Position numbers and translations under genes: made by a program. The notes below the pieces were generated by a model. It saw only the letters and a list, made by a program, of their open reading frames with translations, had not been told where the DNA came from and did not search any database. Below, one piece after another: positions 24,022-37,030 of a stretch of DNA of 64,000 nucleotides (its first letter is position 1; every line of letters starts with the position of its first letter). The DNA comes from Tubulanus polymorphus (lineage: Eukaryota > Animalia > Nemertea), in the NCBI RefSeq assembly GCF_964204645.1, contig NW_027437466.1, forward strand, positions 1 through 64,000. The letters are read 5' to 3'.

Positions 24022-24240
24022 GGGTGACATCGGGGATGGTGACAGTGACATCGGGGATGGTGACAGTGACATAGGGTGACATTGGAGACAGGGACATAGG
24101 GTGACAGTGACATAGGATGACATTGGGGACAGTGACATAGAGTGACATCGGGGACAGTGACATAGGTTGACATCGGGGGCAGTGACACAGAGTGACATCG
24201 GGGATGGTGACATAGGGTGACATTGGGGACAGTGACATCT
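24022..24240. repeat. gtgacatcgggga/cagtgacatagg minisatellite
   Basis: Many tandem gtgaca-core units; these explain ORFs 23878-24340. Confidence 0.85.
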
Positions 24241-24354
24241 CTAGGATACATCTCCGGGGATATTTTTCCAGCTCCGCTTCTCTCCCCCAAAATGGTTGAG
24301 TTGCATCCAAGAAAACCATGCAGAAATATCTAGAAAACATAGCCAGGCGTATGA

Positions 24355-24605
24355 GTTTTCAAAAGTGAAAATGTGATAATTACAAATCGCTATTAGAACT
24401 CAATTATTTATTCCAATCGAATATATTTACATTAAAAAAGTTTTCAAAAGTGACAATGTGATAACTATAAATCGCCATTCAAGATCAATTACTTATTCCA
24501 ATCTAATTTATTTACATCGAAAAACTTTTCACGAAAATGTGATAACTGTTAATCCCTATTCAAGATCAATTATTTAATCCAATCGAATTAATTTACATTA
24601 AAAAA
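24355..24605. repeat. ~86-bp tandem repeat, 3 copies
   Basis: aatgtgataa...ttccaatc.aat.tatttacat is repeated three times. Confidence 0.8.
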
Positions 24606-24998
24606 GGGAAAAAGTATGCTAAAATGTATATTTACATTCGAGAATATTTAGAAGAAGTACTGTCATATAAAAGTAACAAATAAATGGAAGAAGAGTGATA
24701 CTGGTAAATAATAATTGGCATACTAGTCAATTATTTCTTTCAATTGAAAATATCGGAGATATATAGCATCTTTAGAAAAGTATGTGTGCTAAATATTGTC
24801 ATATTATGCAAATTATACAATAATAAATTTCATATAGCCTTAGTAAGTTTCATATGGTATGAATCAGGTATAATATTATTCACAATGGGGTATAGGATAA
24901 ATGGGGCGCATAAATGTAATTACAATAGTTCATGCTGGTAATGTTGTGGTAAATGCGTAATAAATTCAGGTTAACAATCCATTGAGAAATTTTCGCTG

Positions 24999-26071
24999 TT
25001 AATGCTGAATGTTGATTCCAGACTTGAAAATATCGTCATATTCAGGAAGTTGCGCGGTGGCCGGATGCGATTTCATGAAGAATACTGATCTTCCAAGAAT
25101 GTCAATTCGGCCGAATCCTCGTTCGGTCAACTGCTGTAATTCGCCTAAAATAAAGTGTCAGTAATTAGAAACTGAAAGTAAAAGAGGATTACGAGGCTCA
25201 CCGATTATGGCAGCGTCAATGACGGGCCAAAATAACAACACAACGAAGCTATAAAATGTTTGACTAGTACTTACCATAATAATTACCTTTAACTTGTTCT
25301 GCTAGACAGCTTTTCACAACTCTGTGAATGTTGCGTACATATGTGACAGGTCCTTGTGACGAAAGCAACGCCTTCGATATCTTTTGCGAAAATGATGACA
25401 CGCGAGGCGCGTGTATTGAATCTACAGCATTGTGCTCTTCCACTGGCTGTAAATCAAAATGGAAAAACTATTTTAGTTTACCGGTAGTTATTATAATTTG
25501 TGTGGACAATGCACTTTTTCGACCCCATTGAGCAGTAAATTGTTTCTCAATGGTTAGCACCAATGCATTTTTCTGGATGCATCGTTCAGTTACATAACTA
25601 ATTGTGAAAAAATGTGTTTTGGTTTAAGCCCAACGGTCATTGATAATAATACGTGATGAAATTAATTTGATTTGGGGAAATACATACCTCGAGAAATATA
25701 GCTTTCTGGTGCTGCATTGTTCTGAAAAGCGTTTTCGCAGCTTGCATTTGTTGCATTGGGATAATTTCTGAAATGATTAATGCATTTTCGGATCTCCTTA
25801 TGGTGTGCATCATCGCCCCAACGAATATATGCAGTAACGCAGCAAGCCAAAATATGTGCGTCGCATCCGTTGACGATGCCATGTATATATCGCCGTTCTG
25901 TTCTTTGTTTTCTTCTGAAATATGAAAATAAACGTTAAAATGAACGCATAGTCTTACGATTAAAGACCATTGGTGAAACCATGGATTCAGCAACTTGCCA
26001 ATATTTTCGTGGTATCTGCGTTGAAGGTAATCGATGTTTTCTTTCCTAAATTTCGTTAAACAAATTCTCAC
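24999..26071 (-). CDS. 3' part of a spliced gene or pseudogene, 3 exons, ~229 aa; possibly a DUF3987-like helicase C-terminus
   Basis: Exons 26071-25688, 25446-25287 and 25144-24999. GT-AG introns (gag|gtatgt...tttacag|cca and aag|gtaatt...ttttag|gc) keep one open frame: ...KAIFLE/PVEEH...EQVK/GELQQLTERGFGRIDILGRSVFFMKSHP...QH*. The family call is from remembered motifs only. Confidence 0.6.
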
Positions 26072-26089
26072 TTTTAACGCAGTCTCAAA

Positions 26090-26690
26090 TGTTTTGTGAC
26101 TTTCTCAAAATGTATCAAAAATTTAACTAATTTTTAGTTCATAAGTCCTCAAATATTCATAAATGAACAGTTAAAAATTGTTGAAACATGTCGACTCTGC
26201 TGTAAAATCAACCTATTAACAGTCCGGAATTTGGGATAATATTGGGCTTTAGAGGACATAATGCCCCCGAGGTCTTCACATTTACAGAAAAGATTACGTA
26301 AGTGATTCACGCGCAGCTCGCGATAGGCGCACAATAGAAATCTGAGCCGCGCTTTCTTTGAGCGTCACCAATTAAGAGGACTGCTATTGTGAAAATTGAC
26401 TGCGGGAGGAATATTCCTCCCAATGTCAATCGATGGAAACTTGACCATGGGGTCCGATATTCAAAGAATTGACTTTGGGAGGAATATTCCTCCCAAGGTC
26501 AAACGAAGAGAATTTGACCTTCAGGTCTGATATTCAAAGTATCGACTTCGGGAGGAATGTTCCTCCGAATGTCAAACGAAGGAAACTGGACCTGGTCTGT
26601 TATTCGAAATATAGACTTTGGGATGAATGTTCTTCCAAACGACTAAACGCTAAAACCTGAGCTTTTAGAATGATAGGTGTATCTATTAAT
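26090..26690. repeat. Left arm of an inverted duplication; contains ~75-bp subrepeats with the palindrome gggaggaatattcctccc
   Basis: Reverse complement of ~32400-33098. ORF 26149(-) matches ORF 32721(+). Confidence 0.9.
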
Positions 26691-27509
26691 TATATTGGTG
26701 TAATAATTGTTTTAATAAGTAGTATACTATAGTGACGACACCAGACATATTTAGGCAATTTGAGTGATAATGTACACGGTATTTGAGGGTCTGCGACGAA
26801 TGATTTATAGAAAGTTGAATAGCTGTAGTGCAGGTTCTAATAATAAGGCTTATATAGTCTTCACATCGCAATCAGTTGTTAGAATGCATCTTCCTGTTTC
26901 TTTACTTGATCTTGAGTCTTGATCTTGACTAGTTTAATTTTTTCTTCATTGATTGACGCTGGGAGGTCTAGATCAAATTATACTGTTAATCAAATCAATT
27001 ATTTTTCAACTGCAAATTCACACTTGATATTGATATTAACAATCAATATTACTCATTTCATTTTATAGCGCACTGCTGCAAATTGTTATCAGTGTGCTTT
27101 GCATGAGTATAAAATTAACACAAGCTGAAAGAATCGAAATTTAAATACGTGGATGATAAAAATCAAGTTAAAAGGTGTAGGGACGGAGAGATCTGGCGAA
27201 AAAAAAAACAGTAATGGGTGCAAAATGGACCCGTGCCTAATCGCCCGACCAAAAACGACGGACCAGACCTGAGTCAAATTAAGCGTGTTGATTTAAACTG
27301 GTTCTGGAAGTCATTCACTTTGCTTGGTTTAAGTATGGACTCGTTTTAGATTCCATGGTTTAAGCATTGTTTAGTAACGAATGAATGGGTTTGAATTTGA
27401 ATGTGAAATGAATTTGAACATGAAAATCTGCGCGCTCTTTGGTAAGCCATGCGTAAAATTTAAGTCAGACCTGATTCGAGCCAATTTAGCCCCGACAAAT
27501 CGTCTCTAT

Positions 27510-27836
27510 AGCCGCGATCACACGTGTATTTTTTTTAGGCCAGGGCCAAATTTGGGCCGGACCAACTGTTCACACGGGTGCCAATGTGCCCGAGCCTGTT
27601 TGGCCCGGGCCAAATTTGGCCCGACCAAAAACGTCGGACCAGGCCCGAGCACCAGACAAATGACTGCGTTTGAATTGCAACTAGCACCGTAAATGATCCA
27701 CTTCGCTTTGTTTGAGCATTGTTTAGTATCGAGTGAATGGTTTGCGTGTGAACGCACTCTCTAATTACCAAATTTGGCCCGAGCCTGATCGGTGCTAATT
27801 TGGCCCGGGCCAAATCGTCTCCGTGTGATCGCGGCT
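27510..27836. mobile_element. PIF/Harbinger-type MITE next to an older related copy (~27180-27506)
   Basis: Perfect 15-bp TIR agccgcgatcacacg / cgtgtgatcgcggct. TAT TSD at 27507-27509 and 27837-27839. Internal tttggcccgggccaaa palindromes. Confidence 0.85.
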
Positions 27837-28659
27837 TATGTGGGTCATGATTGTTGAGAGAAATCTTTCCCTTTATGTTTGCAAATTAGCCATTGTCCTA
27901 GTTTTAACTTCTGATTTGTACCCTGTATAGGGTTTATATATCTGTTTGTACTTTTTCATAGAAATACGACAGATATCAAATGGAATCTTTGATTTAAGAC
28001 ACTGTAAACCGGTCCACACTAATATGTCTATCCATCCGACCTACGAGCGATCATCTCATTAATGTGATAATTGCTCGTAAATCCGACAGCTACGTTTTAC
28101 AACTAGAAATATATTAGATCAGATTCCTAATAATAAAATCATTACTATTAAGAATATGTTATTGATTATGGATAAATTCAAAAAGAATTGACAAAATATA
28201 TTGCTTTGAATGGCCTTTAGATATTGGATAGGGCGATTTTGAATTATTTTTGGGGAATTTTATCGAGAAGCTCAAACTCCCTAAGGCGATAAATTCTTTA
28301 AGGCAGATCTTTCCCGATTATGATCCCACCATATGAATTGTTCACGAAACTTTTATGTATAAACACCTCACAATTAACGTAATGAATCAGTGACGTCCGG
28401 TTCCAATGTTTGCTCTATGGATTTCAAAATAAAAGAAAAATCTACGTTTAAACGTGATATCTGTTTCATTACTCGTGATATATCGGGGAATCTCTGCAAT
28501 AAAATTGGACGATTTCAAAAATATTACAAAATGACCAAATTGCGATTCTTAGTGATTTTTGCTAACAGTATTGATTCTAGCGTATACGCGGATTTGTGTG
28601 ATATGTAAAAAGTAACGTAGCGAATAATCAAAGTATCTACTGTAGCTAGATATGACAAT

Positions 28660-29350
28660 TAAAAATCCCCCAGAATATCTCCTTCAAAATACCTTCATCC
28701 GTTCAAAAAAGATCACCTGGTAAAGATTTCCTATATAGAAATCTAAAAAATCTAAACCCTGGGTAAAAATCCCCCAAATATTCATACTTGGTGATTGTCA
28801 AGAACATGTCAAAGCACGATGTTTCTCGAATTTGCAATGAGACTGAAATATGTTTGAACTTTTAAATGAAATCTTTCGTTGCGATAAATTCTTACGAATA
28901 AAATAAATTGTAAGAATTAATAAGAGTAATAAACTTTTATTTGTAATATCTTAAGATTCGAACTGGAATTTTTTTTGAATTTCAGCTGTGCGATGCCAAG
29001 AATTATTAGAAATAACGTACTTTTGATATTAAATATTTTAGATTCAAGCTAGTGTAATATATTTGAAATGCGCGATGAACCCCTTTACTAAGCTGTGCAA
29101 TAACTGCATGTATATGTACTAATTTAGTATCAATGAAACGTTAATTTGTAGTATGTTTTAATTTAAATAGCATAGTTTGTATGGGCATATTGATATCCTT
29201 ACGGTGTTCGACAGTAAAATATGAATAAATTGGATATACGTATCAATAATACGAATTAATTGACCTTAAGATTGTATCTGCTTATAATCCCTTTAAAGGG
29301 AGGGGATTACCTAATTTGAAGAATTGGGGATTTTTACCGAGGGGATTTTT
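28660..29350. mobile_element. Decayed MITE-like element with ggtaaaaatcccc / ggggatttttacc inverted ends
   Basis: aaaatcccc motifs at ~28662 and ~28765; inverse copies at ~29325-29350. Confidence 0.4.
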
Positions 29351-29607
29351 GCTCGCTTACTTAGATGTTTTGAACTATTGACTTAGTTATTTTATTAAGT
29401 TTAAGTTAATCACTAGTAAGTTTATTCATTGACCACTTGCATGATAGTTCTTGATATATTCATGATATGCAATGAAATGAAATGTAAGTTCATCACATTT
29501 CTGAACTCATTAATACCGATTTTAATTGTGTTAAGCCCCATGAAAAATATGTCATGTCATTATATTGAAAGCTTTATGTTTTATTAACATTGGTAGTAGT
29601 TCTCATA

Positions 29608-29718
29608 AATTTTCCTTGGCCTTTTTTTCCGTGGCCATTTTTTCCTAGACAAATTACCTTGGCCATTTTTTCCTTGGCCATTCTTTCCTGGCCATTTTTC
29701 CTTGGCCATTTTTCCAAC
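29608..29718. repeat. Short tandem repeat (tttccttggccatt), with an inverted remnant at ~30933-30960
   Basis: About 6 units. ttggaaaaatggcaagg at 30933 is the near reverse complement. Confidence 0.6.
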
Positions 29719-32399
29719 ATTCTGGGATTTTTTACAACTAACCCTTAGCAATGCACTGTAATGAACAATTTACTTTGTTTTGCTAAATTAACTACTTGTA
29801 ATCAATTCACTATAGAACTGTGGTCGATCCTAACAAAGAGTCCGACGTGCTATTCTAAACTTCAGTGGACAAAAATCTCTTTCTAAAAATTACATTGCTA
29901 AGATATTCTTAGTCTTCATCTTTCAGCATGAACTCTAGGCCTGGATATATTTCGGATTCATTAAATGGTATCATGTGTGTGTAGAACGTTTGGGCGAAGG
30001 TATTATCCCCCTGGATCACGCGTAAAACAAACAGAAAACATATTTTCATACATAGGTCATCGCATTATAGAAATTGAACTGTTGACAAGTTGTATTAAAT
30101 CTCTATAGATGAAACACTTTTAAGGAAAATGCATTATGTTTGTTGTTTCTATATAACTACTATCGACTTGCGCCTCGGGCTTAGTCAACTCGCCATCTTC
30201 ATGATTGAAATATTTGATTAGGCAATCCTATCAAAAGTGGCGTAAATTCATACAAGCGAATAATTTGTTGTTTCCAAAGGTTTTTGTTACCGGCTCGTCT
30301 ACACGGTAATGGTCGAAATTCCCCGGTAAAAATCCCCTAAGAATACCAATTAAAGAGCTTATGATTTGCTGCCGCTGGTATGTTTTCGTTTGTATTGCAA
30401 AATTAAGTCCAAAATAACTGGAATCGTTTTAAAGGATTTCTGTGAAAATTTTCAATTTTTCCCCGCACGTCAACAAGTGCCTTTCAAATCAAGATCGATT
30501 CCTCATGCGTAAAAACGATTGAAGCAATTTTTGCAGTTTTATTTATTTATGGTTTGATACGTCAAGATTTCAGTAAAAAGGGCAACATCATCGTTTATGT
30601 TAGCGAAGCTTGGTATACATGCAAGCTGACAATAACAAGCCACTGAATTTTATCTGGTTAGGCTTTGTATAGCTCATTATCTATAGAAAGTCAGTGATTA
30701 AGTCCTAAGTAAATATTGCTCAATTAAAGAGAATTCATTGTACAAGCCTATGAGGCACCCGTAAATCAAAAATGTATTTCACGGATTTTGCTGTGCGATG
30801 CGATAAATTATTGAAACTTTTTATTTGAAATATCTTTGAAATACTATTGAAATTTGAAATATTATTTTACCAGTGCGATAACTTTTAGTATTAGTTTAGT
30901 ACTAATGAAGTATTTCAATCTTTGGATAAACGTTGGAAAAATGGCAAGGGGAAAATTGCCGCTAAATAAACATTAGAATTTGCAAGTTTTGTAATAACTT
31001 TGAATTGTTAAATTTTACTGGACATTGGTGTATGCTGAATATCACGAACAACGAAACATATATCTCATAAAAACGTTGATTGTTTTTTTCAACTTTCATC
31101 ATTTCAATAACAATCAATCGATTTTTAAGTCGATTTAATTACCAGGATAGCGACTACATGCGTTTGTGCTTTTAATCAACTAGTTTCCGAATCCGTGGTA
31201 TGTCAATCAAATAATAATTTTTAAGTCGAGAAAAAGTAAGATGCATTATATCAACTAATTTCAATGTAAAGACTATAATGCTTCCTATATGAATCAATAC
31301 TAAAGCATTCATACCGCAGGCCACTTAATCTTAAGCTTGATTGTGAGAGGTGTTTAAACATAATGGTCACATGAGTAATTAAATGGTTGTGTCACAAAGG
31401 GAGAAATCTGCCTTAGACATAACATCCCGATATCTGGAGTTCTGGGCTTAGTAACGCATGTTTAGAATGAATTTTATCCAATATTTTTGTAACATAATGT
31501 TTTCTCTCTGCAAATTCCTGACGTTTTCTGGGTGCTAACGTTCAGTGGCTAGTAGGCTGGATTGTATTTTCCCTTATTTCATAGATCTCCATGCATATAA
31601 ACTTGAACTGAACTGAATGGGAACTGAGTTCGGTTAGGAGTAAAAACCTCCTTATCAACTCCTATTTCTGAATTGTATATAAAGGAGTGAAGAAAGAAAC
31701 AAACCCTCATACCGAATACACTTTTACGTATAAATGAGAATAATGTTCACTAGGACAATGGCTAATTTGCGACCGTAAATGAAAGAAATACGACTCGAAT
31801 AATTTTTTTTATCATGCGTGACACGCGAATCTCCTATTAACGCTACGAATGAGAGAAGAATCCACACGAATGAAATGTATCAACTTCATAATGATCTTTG
31901 ATCTTTAATCCTTGAATGACCATTCTTAATTAACACAAAACACTTAATATAAATGATTTGTATCGATTACTATAGAATTTCCATTTAAAGAATGCATTTA
32001 TCAAATTACGTCCATTGACTCCGAAAATGAACCTTTAAACCCGTAAATTAGCTAAACTCGTGCCGTATTAAGCTATTTAGATTTATCGCAGTCTAGTGAA
32101 AATTTGTAAGCAGTCCTAATATATTCCCTGTATAATCAAAACTTAATTTCTATGTTATGCACGTGTTTTAATTACGATTTCCCCTCTACATGTTTATCGG
32201 GAAGGGCCTGATTACAATCTGATTACAGTTGATTGTCAACAAAGTTATAGTAATTTACTGTTAGACAAAGAAAATACTAAATCTATTTAGTTTTCTAAAA
32301 TTGTATGTAGGCCTATGTCTCATACCGTCTCATTACCTCGAACAATGTGTATCGTATCACTCGAAATTCATAAATCTACCGGCTTTATGGCTTTAAAAA

Positions 32400-33098
32400 A
32401 ACTAATTACACCCAAAACACCTATCTTTCTAAAATTTCAGGTTACAGCATTTAGTGGTGGGAGGAAAAATTCCTCCCTAAATCAATATACTTTGAATCTA
32501 AGACTCGGGTTCGTTTTCCTTCAGTTGACAAATGACAATATTTCGAATATCAGACCAGGTCCATTTTCCTTCGTTTGACCATGGACGTATAAACTAGATT
32601 ATACGTCGATGGTTTGACATAGGGAGGAACATTCCTCCCGACGTCGATACTTTGAATATCAGACCTGAAGGTCAAATTCTCTTCGTTTGACCTTGGGAGG
32701 AATATTCCTCCCAAAGTCAATTGTTAAAATATCGGGCCCCTTGGTCAAGTTTCCATCGATTGACATTGGGAGGAATATTCCTCCCGCAGTCAATTTTCAC
32801 AATAGCAGTCCTCTTAATTGGTGACACTCAAAGAACGCGCGGCTCAGATTTCTATTGTGCGCCTATCGCGCTGCGTGTGAATCACTTACGTAATCTTTTC
32901 TGTAAATGTGAAGACCTCGGGGGCATTATGTTCTCTAAAGCCCAATATTATCCCAAATTCCGGACTGTTAATAGGTTGATTTTACGGCAGAGTCGACATG
33001 TTTCAATAAACTTTTAACTGTTCATTTATGAATATTTGAAGACTTATGAACTAAAAATTAGTTAAATTTATGATACATTTTGAGAAAGTCACAAAACA
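32400..33098. repeat. Right arm of the inverted duplication, cut off by the satellite
   Basis: Matches the reverse complement of 26090-26690 and ends at gtcacaaaaca. Confidence 0.9.
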
Positions 33099-36000
33099 GT
33101 AGGTCGGTCGTCCATCCGTTCGTCAGTGTGCCGGCGGTGGTTGTTCGAAAAACGACTAAGTGCTGACCGGGCCTTGATCAGCGTTACGACCCGGAGCAGT
33201 GAGGGAGGGAGGGAGGCAGTAGGTCGGTCGTCCGTCCGTTCGTCAGTGTGTCGGCAGTGATGGTTGTTCGAAAAACGACTAAGTGCTGACCGGGCCTTGA
33301 TCAGCGTTACGACCCGGAGCAGTGAGGGAGGGAGGGAGGCAGTAGGTCGGTCGTCCGTCCGTTCGTCAGTGTGCCGGCGGTGGTAGGTCGAAAAACGATT
33401 AAGTGCTGTCCGGGCCTTGATCGGCGTTACGACCCGGTGCAGTGAGGGAGGGAGGGAAGCAGTAGGTCGGTCGCCCGACCGTTCGTCAGTGTGCCGGCGG
33501 TGGTTGTTCGAAAAACGACTAAGTGCTGACCGGGCCTTGATCAGCGTTACGACCCGGCACCGGTCAGGGAGGGAAGGAGGGTGGCAGTAGGTCGGTCGTC
33601 CGTCCGTTCGTCAGTGTGCCGGCGGTGGTGGTTCGAAAAACGACTAAGTGCTGACTGGGCCTTGATCAGCGTTACGACCCGGAGCAGTGAGGGAGGGAGG
33701 GAGGGAGGCAGTAGGTCGGTCGTCCGTCCGTTCGTCAGTGTGCCGGCAGTGCTGGTTGTTCGAAAAACGACTAAGTGCTGACCGGGCTTTGATCAGCGTT
33801 ACGACCCAGTATCGGTCAGGGAGGGAGGGAGGCAGTAGGTCGGTCGTCCGTCCGTTCGTCAGTGTGCCGGCGGTGGTTGTTCGAAAAACGACTAAGTGCT
33901 GACCGGGCCTTGATCAGCGTTACGACCCGGAGCAGTGAGGGAGGGAGGAAGGCAGTAGGTGGGTCGTCCGTCCGTTCGTCAGTGTGCCGGCAGTGCTGGT
34001 TGTTCGAAAAACGATTAAGTGCTGACCCGGCCTTGATCAGCGATACGACCCGGTGCAGTGAGGGAGGGAGGGAGGCAGTAGGTCGGTCGTCCGTCCGTTT
34101 GTCAGTGTGCCGGCTGTGATGATTGTTCGAAAAACGACTAAGTGCTGACCGGGCCTTGATCAGCGATACGACCCGGTGCAGTGAGGGAGGGAGGGAGGCA
34201 GTAGGTCGGTCGTCCGTCCGTTCGTCAGTGTGCCGGCAGTGCTGGTTGTTCGAAAAACGACTAAGTGCTGACCGGGCCTTGATCAGCGTTACGACCCGGT
34301 GCAGTGAGGGAGGGAGGGAGGCAGTAGGTCGGTCGTCCATCCGTTCGTCAGTGTGCCGGCGGTGGTTGTTCGAAAAACGACTAAGTGCTGACCGGGCCTT
34401 GATCAGCGTTACGACCCGGAGCAGTGAGGGAGGGAGGGAGGCAGTAGGTCGGTCGTCCGTCCGTTCGTCAGTGTGCCGGCAGTGATGGTTGTTCGAAAAA
34501 CGACTAAGTGCTGACCGGGCCATGATCAGCGTTACGACCCGGCGCAGTGAGGGAGGGAGGCAGGCACCAGGAGAGTCGTCGCCGGTAAGGGAGGGAGGGA
34601 GGGAGGCAGTAGGTCGGTCGTCCGTCCTTTCGTCAGTGTGCCGGCAGTGATGGTTGTTCGAAAAACGACTAAGTGCTGACCGGGCCTTGATCAGCGTTAC
34701 GACCCGGCGCAGTGAGGGAGGGAGGCAGGCACCAGGACAGTCGTCCGCCCGTTAGTCAGTCTGCCGGCATTGGTGGTTCGAAACACGACTAAGTGCTGAC
34801 CGGGCCTTGATCAGCGTTACGACCCGGCGCAGTGAGGGAGGGAGGCAGGCACCAGGAGAGTCGTCGCCGGTAAGGGAGGGAGGGAGGGAGGCAGTAGGTC
34901 GGTCATCCGTCCGTTCGTCAGTGTGCCGGCGGTGGTTGTTCGAAAAACGACTAAGTGCTGACCGGGCCTTGATCAGCGTTACGACCCGGCGCAGTGAGGG
35001 AGGGAGGCAGGCACCAGGACAGTCGTCCGCCCGTTAGTCAGTCTGCCGGCATTGGTGGTTCGAAACACGACTAAATGCTGACCGGGCCTTGATCAGCGTT
35101 ACGACACGGCGCCGGTAAGGGAGGGAGGGAGGGAGGCAGTAGGTCGGTCGTCCGTCCGTTCGTCAGTGTGCCGGCGGTGGTTGTTCGAAAAACGACTAAG
35201 TGCTGACCGGGCCTTGATCAGCGTTACGACCCGGAGCAGTGAGGGAGGGAGGGAGGGAGGCAGTAGGTCGGTCGTCCGTCCGTTCGTCAGTGTGCCGGCA
35301 GTGCTGGTTGTTCGAAAAACGACTAAGTGCTGACCGGCCTTGATCAGCGTTACGACCCGGAGCAGTGAGGGAGGGAGGGAGGCAGTAGGTCGGTAGTCCG
35401 TCCGTTCGTCAGTGTGCCGGCAGTGATGGTTGTTCGAAAAACGACTAAGTGCTGACCGGGCCTTGATCAGCGTTACGACCCGGCGCAGTGAGGGAGGGAG
35501 GCAGGCACCAGGAGAGTCGTCGCCGGTAAGGGAGGGAGGGAGGGAGGCAGTAGGTCGGTCGTCCGTCCTTTCGTCAGTGTGCCGGCAGTGATGGTTGTTC
35601 GAAAAACGACTAAGTGCTGACCGGGCCTTGATCAGCGTTACGACCCGGCGCAGTGAGGGAAAGAGGCAGGCACCAGGACAGTCGTCCGCCCGTTAATCAG
35701 TCTGCCGGCATTGGTGGTTCGAAACACGACTAAGTGCTGACCGGGCCTTGATCAGCGTTACGACCCGGCGCCGGTAAGGGAGGGAGGGAGGGAGGGAGGC
35801 AGTAGGTCGGTCGTCCGTCCGTTTGTCAGTGTGCCGGCAGTGATGGTTGTGCAAAAAACGACTAAGGGCTGACCGGGCCTTGATCAGCATTACGACCCGG
35901 AGCAGTGAGGGAGGGAGGGAGGGAGGCAGTAGGTCGGTCGTCCGTCCGTTTGTCAGTGTGCCGGCAGTGATGGTTGTTCGAAAAACGACAAAGGGCTGAC

Positions 36001-37030
36001 CGGGCCTTGATCAGCGTTACGACCCGGAGCAGTGAGGGAGGGAGGGAGGCAGTAGGTAGGTCGTCCGTCCGTTTGTCAGTGTGCCTGCAGTGATGGTTGT
36101 TCGAAAAACGACTAAGTGCTGACCGGGCCTTGATCAGCGTTACGACCCTGCGCAGTGAGGGAGGGAGGCAGGCACCAGGACAGTCGTCCGCCCGTTAGTC
36201 AGTCTGCCGGCATTGGTGGTTCGAAACACGACTAAGTGCTGACCGGGCCTTGATCAGCGTTACGACCCGGCGCCGGTAAGGGAGGGAGGGAGGGAGGCAG
36301 TAGGTCGGTCGTCTGTCCGTTCGTCAGTGTGCCGGCGTTGGTTGTTCGAAAAACGACCAAGTGCTGACCAGGCCTCGATCAGCGTTACGAACCGGCACTG
36401 GTCAGGGAGGGAGGGAGGGAGGCAGTTGGTCGGTCATCCGTCCGTTCGTCAGAGTGCCGGCGGTAGTTGTTCGAAAAACGACTTAGTGCTGACCGGGCCT
36501 TAATCAGCGTTACGACCCGGTATCGGTCAGGGAGGGAGGGAGGCAGTAGGTCGGTCGTCCGTCCGTTCGTCAGTGTGCCGGCGGTGGTTGTTCGAAAAAC
36601 GACTAAGTGCTGACCGGGCCTTGATCAGCGTTACGACCCGGAGCAGTGAGGGAGGGAGGGAGGGAGGGAGGCAGTAGGTCGGTCGTCCGTCCGTTCGTCA
36701 GTGTGCCGGCAGTGCTGGTTGTTCGAAAAACGACTAAGTGCTGACCGGGCTTTGATCAGCGTTACGACCCGCCCCCGGTAAGGGAGGGAGGGAGGGAGGC
36801 AGTAGGTCGGTCGTCTGTCCGTTCGTCAGTGTGCCGGCGGTGGTTGTTCGAAAAACGACTCAGTGCTGACCGGGCCTTGATCAGCGTTACGACCCGGACC
36901 AGTGAGGGAGGGAGGGAGTTTGGCAGTAGGTCGGTCGTCCGTCCGTTCGTCAGTGTGCCGGCAGTGCTGGTTGTTCGAAAAACAATTAAGTGCTTACCGG
37001 GCCTTGATCAGCGTTACGACCCGGAGCAGT

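Noticed and set aside
23878-24340. Cys/His/Pro-rich ORFs
   Set aside because: They are products of the gtgaca minisatellite.
33215-33280. tRNA/SINE origin (A-box-like ggcagtaggtcggt, B-box-like gttcgaaa) or a CENP-B box in the monomer
   Set aside because: No cloverleaf pairing, the B-box lacks its CC end, and the CENP-B CGGG is absent.
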